A DNA stretch of 64,000 nucleotides, from IMG/VR virus record IMGVR_UViG_3300024353_000008. One strand, 5' to 3'. The stretch comes from an uncultured virus (IMG/VR IMGVR_UViG_3300024353_000008). Taxonomy: Duplodnaviria; Heunggongvirae; Uroviricota; Caudoviricetes. Position 1 is the first letter of the stretch. The number at the start of each line of letters is the position of its first letter. Under the pieces are notes generated by a model. It was given only the letters and a program-made list of their open reading frames with translations. It was not told where the DNA came from and made no database searches. Shown piece by piece: positions 57,590 to 64,000 of the stretch. A program made the position numbers and the translations under genes.

Positions 57590-60500
57590 ATGAAAGTACT
57601 AATGCTACCTTCCCTCTCTGACTTTGGTGATCCAGGGTCAGAATCTGGAATCCGTCGAGTCGTAGAGGCATACGCGAAACACCTGCCGCAGTTCGGCGTG
57701 GAACTGGTCGAGAAAGGCCAATCGTATGACGTGATGGCTATACACGCGGGCTGCTATGAGCTTTATGCGCCAAATGAACGCCTTGTCGCTATCAGCCATG
57801 GGCTCTACTGGTCCGGGGATTACGATGCTCCGAGTTGGGAGCACAAGACTAATGCACGGGTAATTAGGTCTGTCCGATACGCCAGAGAAGTCACGGTTCC
57901 GTCACTTTGGGTCGCAGAGGCATTCCAGCGAGACATGCACTTTACTCCTCGTATCATCCCACATGGCATAGACTGGCAAGATTGGCAACATGATTTCCAA
58001 CCGGGTGACTATGTGCTATGGAACAAAAATCGTGATAAGGATGTTTGCTCGACCGATCCACTCTTTAGCTTGGCTTCACTGTTCCCAAACTGGCCTTTTG
58101 TAAGCACAATGCCAGTAGACCTACCGAATGTCCAAGTAACAGGAACCATTCCACATGCTCAGATGAAAGAAGTTGTACAGCGAGCTAATGTGTATCTCAG
58201 TACCACGAAGGAAACTTTCGGAATTGGTGTCTTAGAGGCAATGGCTTCTGGTGTTCCAGTTCTTGGTTTCCGATATGGTGGGAATGTGGACCTGGTAGAA
58301 CATGGTGTTTCTGGCTATCTGGCGGAACCAGGAAACATAGAGGACTTGGCAGAGGGATTGAGCTATTGCTTACAGCATCGAGATACACTAAGTCAGAATG
58401 CGCGAGAGGCAGCCAAGGCTTGGGCGTGGGAGTCTGCTTGTGAGAAGTTGGCTGGTGTCTTCGAACTAGCGATGGTTGACGAACCTCCCACCGCTGCTAT
58501 TGTCATCCCGACGTTCAACTATGGAGAGCTAGTCAATGGTGCAATCGAGAGTGCAGTAAACCAGACGTATACCGATCTTATTGACATTATCGTAGTGGAC
58601 GATGGATCAGAGGATGATACAGAACAACGTGTTAAGGAATGGCTAGAAAAAGATAGCAGGGTTAGTTATGTCAAGCAGTCGAATCAAGGTGTAGCAAACG
58701 CACGCAATACAGGGATTTCCAAGACTAACGCCAAGTTTATTACCTGTCTCGATGCGGATGATGAGATGGAACCTGCATTCCTTGAAACCTTAGTCCCACA
58801 TCTGGAAGCAGACAACTCGCTTGGATTGGTCTATAGTGGGATCAAGGTTCTAAGACTGCACAACAACGAATTGTTGGAGTTCGATAGTCCGTGGCCTCCT
58901 GATTGTGACTTTGATAAGCACATAGTAGGAGACTGCCAAGTACCCACTTGCAATGTCTTTCGTCGTAAAGCCTGGGAGCATCTTGGTGGATACAGACAAC
59001 GTTATGCTCCTATCGGAATGGGAACAGAAGATGCAGAATTCTGGTTGAGAATTGGCGCGTCTGGATGGAGCATTAAACAGGTCACCAAAGAACCACTGTT
59101 CCGCTATCTGCTAGGCGGTCGGACGACAGGAGATCAGAGTTACAAGGAAGTCGATTGGCTGGAATGGCATCCATGGACCAGGGATGGTTGGCATCCGTTT
59201 GCATCTATCGCTACACCAGACAATCTTAGCCACGAGGTAAGACAATACGACGAGCCTGTCGTCTCTGTCATAGTCCCGGTTGGACCAGGGCACGAAAGGG
59301 ATATAATTGATGCATTAGATAGCTTAGAGGCACAGACATTCCGAAAGTGGGAGGCTATTGTAGTAGACGACACCGGGTCCGACAAGCTAGACCTAACTGC
59401 ATTTCCATTCGCTCGACTAGTCAAGACGCCAGGAAAGATGGGTGCTGGTTACGCTCGCAATCGAGGAGTTGAGATAGCAAGAGGACAGTTGCTTGACTTT
59501 CTCGACGCAGACGATTGGTTCTATCCTGATACACTATGGAGAAAGGTAGAAGTCTACTCAGCAGAGGGTGGTGACGTTGCTGTATACGGAGACCATCATG
59601 GAATAGCCATTATCAGTGAGGACTATGCTCGGAAGATGAAGTCGAACAAGAAACTACTTCAGTACCGACCAGAAGATGGTTTCTCTTTGATTGCTTCATC
59701 TAACCTAGACTTTGATTGTCCCAGAGCAATCCAGCAGCCAAGCACGAATAGACAACCTTATATCTGGTGTGACATCTCAACTCTCATTCCCAAGTCTTGG
59801 CACTTCGAGATAGGTGGATTCGATGAGAAGATGGAATCCTGGGAAGATTGGGACTACTGGATCAGAATGGCGCAGATAGGCAAATGTTTTACACACGTCA
59901 ATGAACCATTTCTAGTCTATAGGTTCTACTCTGGCAATCGTAGATGGGCAGCCCACCCAGAACACGAGGAGGGTTTACAATTAGCGCAAAATCTGGTACA
60001 ATATATGCAAGACAAGTATCGGAGAAATGACACGGGAGGTCCGTCTGTGTGTCGAGGATGTACGAAGAAAAGAGGCCCATCAGTGCATGACAGTATGAGT
60101 AGACTATCAGCGACTAGAAATCAAAGAGCCAGTACTACTAGTGCACCAAGTGATAGTGACTTTGTAATGTGTGAGTACCAAGGACAACCGCCAGGGAACC
60201 GAGGGAATCACGGTGTTGTGGGAATGACTGTGTTCCCTGCACCATTTGTGGGATTCAATATGAAGCGGACAAGCGAGGGTTATAGGATTGACTATGGCTA
60301 CTGGGGAGCAGGTGGTCAGTTCTATGTTCACCACGACGACATTGCTAAAACACCGAATCTCTTTCGTCCTGTCGAGCTAACCAAGACCAACGTTCAGGCT
60401 GCACTTCCAAAACAGAGACGACCTGAACCTACTCCTCCTCCTGCACCGGTTGTGGTGAAACCTACGCCAGTCGAACAGGCTATTCCTGAACCACTTCCAC

Positions 60501-60841
60501 AACCTGCACCAGAACCATCAGGGCCAAAGTCTGTTGCTCAGATTCTCAACGAGACGATTGGACCTGTGGCCGAAAAGGCCGAAAATGAAGAAGATGAACC
60601 GGTTACTCAAGAAGTAGCAGTCGCCTCGATGTTTACTGCGATTCTCGAATCGGGCGACTTGCAGAAACTCCCCGGTGTCAGTACAACCATAGCTGAACAG
60701 ATGGAGGGACAGGGAGTCCAGACTTTCCAAGACATTCTTGACTTGGGAGTTGATGGACTTTCTATCTATCCAGGCATTGGAGCAACGAGGGCACAAATCA
60801 TCATTGACGCAATCAACGGACTAGCAGCAGGAACAATGTAA
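57590..60841 (+). CDS. tri-domain glycosyltransferase GT4-GT2-GT2 with Pro-rich linker and C-terminal helix-hairpin-helix
   Basis: ETFGIGVLEAMASGVP; two VVDD..ARN.G..LDADD domains; LQKLPGVS and YPGIGATRAQ. Confidence 0.88.
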   Translation: MKVLMLPSLSDFGDPGSESGIRRVVEAYAKHLPQFGVELVEKGQSYDVMAIHAGCYELYAPNERLVAISHGLYWSGDYDAPSWEHKTNARVIRSVRYAREVTVPSLWVAEAFQRDMHFTPRIIPHGIDWQDWQHDFQPGDYVLWNKNRDKDVCSTDPLFSLASLFPNWPFVSTMPVDLPNVQVTGTIPHAQMKEVVQRANVYLSTTKETFGIGVLEAMASGVPVLGFRYGGNVDLVEHGVSGYLAEPGNIEDLAEGLSYCLQHRDTLSQNAREAAKAWAWESACEKLAGVFELAMVDEPPTAAIVIPTFNYGELVNGAIESAVNQTYTDLIDIIVVDDGSEDDTEQRVKEWLEKDSRVSYVKQSNQGVANARNTGISKTNAKFITCLDADDEMEPAFLETLVPHLEADNSLGLVYSGIKVLRLHNNELLEFDSPWPPDCDFDKHIVGDCQVPTCNVFRRKAWEHLGGYRQRYAPIGMGTEDAEFWLRIGASGWSIKQVTKEPLFRYLLGGRTTGDQSYKEVDWLEWHPWTRDGWHPFASIATPDNLSHEVRQYDEPVVSVIVPVGPGHERDIIDALDSLEAQTFRKWEAIVVDDTGSDKLDLTAFPFARLVKTPGKMGAGYARNRGVEIARGQLLDFLDADDWFYPDTLWRKVEVYSAEGGDVAVYGDHHGIAIISEDYARKMKSNKKLLQYRPEDGFSLIASSNLDFDCPRAIQQPSTNRQPYIWCDISTLIPKSWHFEIGGFDEKMESWEDWDYWIRMAQIGKCFTHVNEPFLVYRFYSGNRRWAAHPEHEEGLQLAQNLVQYMQDKYRRNDTGGPSVCRGCTKKRGPSVHDSMSRLSATRNQRASTTSAPSDSDFVMCEYQGQPPGNRGNHGVVGMTVFPAPFVGFNMKRTSEGYRIDYGYWGAGGQFYVHHDDIAKTPNLFRPVELTKTNVQAALPKQRRPEPTPPPAPVVVKPTPVEQAIPEPLPQPAPEPSGPKSVAQILNETIGPVAEKAENEEDEPVTQEVAVASMFTAILESGDLQKLPGVSTTIAEQMEGQGVQTFQDILDLGVDGLSIYPGIGATRAQIIIDAINGLAAGTM
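60568..60597 (-). repeat. dispersed repeat copy 8, inside a CDS; 30 bp identical to 32469-32498
   Basis: ggccgaaaaggccgaaaatgaagaagatga. Confidence 0.85.
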
Positions 60842-60889
60842 CAATCTGAATACAACAGCATAGCGGTCTGATTAGACTAGATCAGACTA

Positions 60890-60936
60890 AAAAAAGCAGT
60901 TCACCCGACCGGTGAAATCGGGTGGACTGCTTTTTT
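60890..60936 (+). terminator. intrinsic terminator (A-tract/T-tract, possibly bidirectional)
   Basis: aaaaaagcagttcacccga/tcgggtggactgctttttt. Confidence 0.8.
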
Positions 60937-61339
60937 GCATGGAGAGCATTCATTGGACATCAGCACAATCGAGATAGCGATACTCGTTCTTGCAGTTTGG
61001 AGACTATCGTCACTATTGGCGGACGAGGACGGACCGTTCGACTTCTTGGAGAAACTGAGGACTTGGTTCTGGATCAGAGAAAGGGATGGAGAACGCTTGG
61101 TTGCTCCACCGCCAACTGATGGAAGAAGTATCATAGCGAGACTGTACATTACAACCAAAAAGACGCTAGCTGATGGAATGCTTTGCAGGTGGTGCAGCTC
61201 GGTATGGTTCGGAATAATCTTTACAGGTATCTACTTTATTTGGCCTGGTGTAACTTGGATTGCATTTCCATTTGCACTCAGCACACTTTCGATAATGGTT
61301 GATGCTGCAATTACGAACTGGTATAGAAAACGCAGATAA
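60935..61339 (+). CDS. DUF1360-like membrane protein (true start may be ~60953)
   Basis: LAVWRLSSLL..EDGPF..LR...CRWCSSVW. Confidence 0.75.
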   Translation: MHGEHSLDISTIEIAILVLAVWRLSSLLADEDGPFDFLEKLRTWFWIRERDGERLVAPPPTDGRSIIARLYITTKKTLADGMLCRWCSSVWFGIIFTGIYFIWPGVTWIAFPFALSTLSIMVDAAITNWYRKRR

Positions 61340-62661
61340 TGACATTCGATATTGCGCAACCGCTACCGTACACATTACTATCGCTACCAAGATATGCAAG
61401 TATCCTGGGTATCAATCCAGTACATTTCCAAAGAGCAACGGCAATCGACGTGTTTCCAGTAGCACAGAATGCATGCACTGATCTGTGGCCTAGACATTCC
61501 TGGCAGTACTCCGACCACGTAAGTCACGAGGATTTGTCACGGGCCATTTATGATGCAGAACAGGACATTGCACGAGAATTAGGTTGGTATCCCGCTCCTT
61601 GGTTTGTGAGCGAGGAAATCCAGAAGTGGCCGAGACATCATAGACCAGAAATGATCAGACATTGTGGTCAGAACGTTCGCGGGATGAGACTCAGTGTCGT
61701 TACCGACTTTGCCAAATTCATAGCAGGTGGTAGACGTGGAGTTGAGTTAGTTGGGACTGCGATGGTTGCAGGTGGGACTTTAACATACTCAGACGAGGAC
61801 GGAGACGGATTTGCAGAGCGAGCTACTATAGCGGTGCCAACCACTCTTGCCACAACTCAGGCAAAGAATATTAAAGTCTATTTTGCTGATGTGGACGGTG
61901 ACCAAGAGTGGGAGATTCGTCAGGCGAATACCAAGACAGTTAGCGGTGGAACGTTCACTGCAACCTTTCCTTCATGGCTATTTATCAACACGGACTTGCA
62001 GGCACAATATCCAACAGCTGACGGGTTTGGTGCAATTGATATAAGTTCAACGACTAACTACGTCACAAGCGTAGACGTGTACTGGGAATACGTAGATGAT
62101 ACGGTTGACAGCGCAGAGTTCTATTGGGAGCCCTGTCCGGGTGGAGCGATTCTGTCAGGTGTCTGCTCGTGCGGTCAAGGAGAAAGTTGTGCGGCTTGCG
62201 CGTATACAACGCAGGGCGGTTGTCTACACGCGAGAGACCCGGAACTTGGAATAGCCGTCCCACAACCTGCTACCTACGATTCAGATGAGAACCAGTGGAC
62301 GATAGATACTTACCAAGCATGCAGAGACCCGGAGTTTGTCAAACTCTGGTACTATGCAGGAGAGATCGAGGACAGGTTTCTGAATGGGAGACTGCTCGAC
62401 CCGCTTTCCAATTACTGGGCACAGGCAATAGCGTGGTACGCGACGACGAAACTGGAAAGACCATTCTGTTCTTGCGGAAATGTGCAAGCACTTGGCGAAC
62501 GATTGAGACAAGACTTGGCTTTCACGGGAACTGATACAGCATACCAAGTTGATCCAGAAGTACTCAGTAATCCGTTCGGGACACAACGTGGTGCAGTAAT
62601 GGCTTGGCAAAGAGTAATGAGGTTCGCCAGGCATAGACGTTCACAACCAGGACTAGTGTGA
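61339..62661 (+). CDS. virion structural protein, probable head-tail adaptor
   Basis: AIYDAEQDIARELGW.P; VKLWYYAG; AIAWYA; position in the structural module. Confidence 0.55.
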   Translation: MTFDIAQPLPYTLLSLPRYASILGINPVHFQRATAIDVFPVAQNACTDLWPRHSWQYSDHVSHEDLSRAIYDAEQDIARELGWYPAPWFVSEEIQKWPRHHRPEMIRHCGQNVRGMRLSVVTDFAKFIAGGRRGVELVGTAMVAGGTLTYSDEDGDGFAERATIAVPTTLATTQAKNIKVYFADVDGDQEWEIRQANTKTVSGGTFTATFPSWLFINTDLQAQYPTADGFGAIDISSTTNYVTSVDVYWEYVDDTVDSAEFYWEPCPGGAILSGVCSCGQGESCAACAYTTQGGCLHARDPELGIAVPQPATYDSDENQWTIDTYQACRDPEFVKLWYYAGEIEDRFLNGRLLDPLSNYWAQAIAWYATTKLERPFCSCGNVQALGERLRQDLAFTGTDTAYQVDPEVLSNPFGTQRGAVMAWQRVMRFARHRRSQPGLV

Positions 62662-62670
62662 GGAGCGAGC

Positions 62671-62946
62671 ATGAAACAAGTTGAATGGATAGACGAGAAT
62701 GGCTGGAAACATCTGTCATTGATCAGGGATAATGATCCAGACGAAATGGCTCCTCACGGGATCAAGAGTGACCCGCCAGACATCGGGCAACTAGACTGGG
62801 ATCAGATCAAGAAGGAACTGCACAACTCGCTGGTCAATCGTCGTCTGGTAAGTTGGACAGATGTACAACAGCAACGTGAAGGACTAAAAGGAGCGATACT
62901 AGGTACGCTCCGACGTAGGATCGTAAATCTGTACAAAAATAAGTAG
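62671..62946 (+). CDS. hypothetical protein
   Basis: GGAG RBS. Confidence 0.6.
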   Translation: MKQVEWIDENGWKHLSLIRDNDPDEMAPHGIKSDPPDIGQLDWDQIKKELHNSLVNRRLVSWTDVQQQREGLKGAILGTLRRRIVNLYKNK

Positions 62947-62955
62947 GAGGACATT

Positions 62956-64000
62956 ATGTCAAACGGAACAACTTCTTCATATACGCCAGCCAAGACTGGA
63001 TACTCTCGCGTGTTTCTGATTGAAGGTCGAGCGCGACCTGACCATACACCAGTTTTTCAATCTTGCCTGAAGGCTGGTGCACTCGAACAGTCGTTTGGAG
63101 ACATCGAGAAGATCGAGTGTCCATCGGCTGCGGAATACAATCAGTTCGATGAAATCGGTGAAATCCAGGGCGCAATCGAGCGAGTGACGACGACCCTAAC
63201 CGGTCGATACGCGGCGGACCTGGCAAGTGAACTGTTGAGAATTGCAAAGGCACGATGTGATTCTGACATCCACGTTCACTTTGGTGCTTGCTCTGACCCA
63301 CGAGACTTTAACACGTTTACCAAGGCAATTATCATAGAAAAGTCGCGCTCGACTAACTGGTCCACGGAGGACGTGGGTGCGCTGGGCAGTGACGAGAATG
63401 CCAAGGTTGACGAAAGCTCGGACATCAGCGGGCGCAATATCTACGAGGCACTGCCACTTACGTTTGCGGAACGTTGTGGTGACGTAGTTACAAATCCAGT
63501 CATCGACATTGTAATCTGTGACACGCCAAGCTGTGGTGCTTGCACAGACGAGAGCGATGGATGTCAGAATGTCTTTGCACTGACGCAACAGACAGTTGGC
63601 AGTCCTGGTACTGTGGCAGATGTAATCTGGACACGAGACTTATTCTCGACGCAGTGTAACTCTGACAATATCGACTCACTGGCTGTCAACCAGGATGCAA
63701 ATGCTCTGGCCTGCATCGGTGACTATCTGGCTGTCGTGAGTAATGCTGCTGGCAATTTGCACTACAAGACTAAGACGGACATCTGGAATGCTGTTGTTGG
63801 TGGCTGGACTGCTATCGCTACAGGCTTTGTTGCTGGTGGTGAACCGAACGACATTTGGAGTATCGGAACCTATGCCTTCGCAGTTGGCGATGGCGGATAT
63901 GTCTATGGGACCGACGACCCGACCGGTGGAGTGGTTGTGCTAGACGCAGGAGTTGCAACGAGCGATAATCTCAATGCAGTACACGCCATTGGCGATAACT
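62956..64000 (+). CDS. partial virion protein: tail-tube-like N-terminus then beta-propeller-like repeats
   Basis: AGGAGG RBS, MSNGTTSSYTPAKTGYSRVFLIEG...; AVGDGGYVY, NLNAVH; open to the window end, absent from the ORF track. Confidence 0.6.
   Translation, partial: MSNGTTSSYTPAKTGYSRVFLIEGRARPDHTPVFQSCLKAGALEQSFGDIEKIECPSAAEYNQFDEIGEIQGAIERVTTTLTGRYAADLASELLRIAKARCDSDIHVHFGACSDPRDFNTFTKAIIIEKSRSTNWSTEDVGALGSDENAKVDESSDISGRNIYEALPLTFAERCGDVVTNPVIDIVICDTPSCGACTDESDGCQNVFALTQQTVGSPGTVADVIWTRDLFSTQCNSDNIDSLAVNQDANALACIGDYLAVVSNAAGNLHYKTKTDIWNAVVGGWTAIATGFVAGGEPNDIWSIGTYAFAVGDGGYVYGTDDPTGGVVVLDAGVATSDNLNAVHAIGDN

Noticed and set aside
1..64000. Alternative genetic code, tRNA genes, integrase
   Set aside because: Long genes are intact under code 11 and all three stops end coupled genes; no cloverleaf or recombinase motif was recognised by eye (tRNAscan not run).

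Overview
This window is a 64-kb segment of a large tailed dsDNA bacteriophage or prophage (Caudoviricetes) of a bacterial host. It uses genetic code 11, SD-type RBSs and many near-consensus TTGACA-17-TATAAT promoters. The + strand carries, in order: TerS, TerL, a beta-helix protein, a 1482-aa portal-cargo-MuF fusion, an HK97-gp10-like protein, a 2H-phosphoesterase/prohead-protease/scaffold fusion, the major capsid protein, a ~15-kb glycosyltransferase/sulfotransferase/methyltransferase cluster, and head-tail/tail genes running off the right end. Three leftward cassettes headed by strong promoters interrupt this backbone (4.6-7.4, 26.1-32.1 and 41.3-45.3 kb). The most notable observations are: (1) head-morphogenesis polyproteins carrying ART-like, ChaB-like and 2H-phosphoesterase cargo between GGPGSGHHGH linkers and Lys-type junctions; (2) a phage-encoded glycosylation/sulfation/methylation pathway; (3) a GC-rich small-gene operon punctuated by a hammerhead ribozyme and a twister-like motif; (4) an orphan DGR-type target gene with an NNC-patterned variable region; (5) an 8-copy dispersed CATTTTCGGC-n-TTTCGGCC repeat family; (6) four Tat-signal proteins; (7) an interleaved A-B-A'-B' RNA leader. 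All calls come from motif recognition by eye, and no database searches were run. No integrase, reverse transcriptase, tRNA or CRISPR array was seen in the window.
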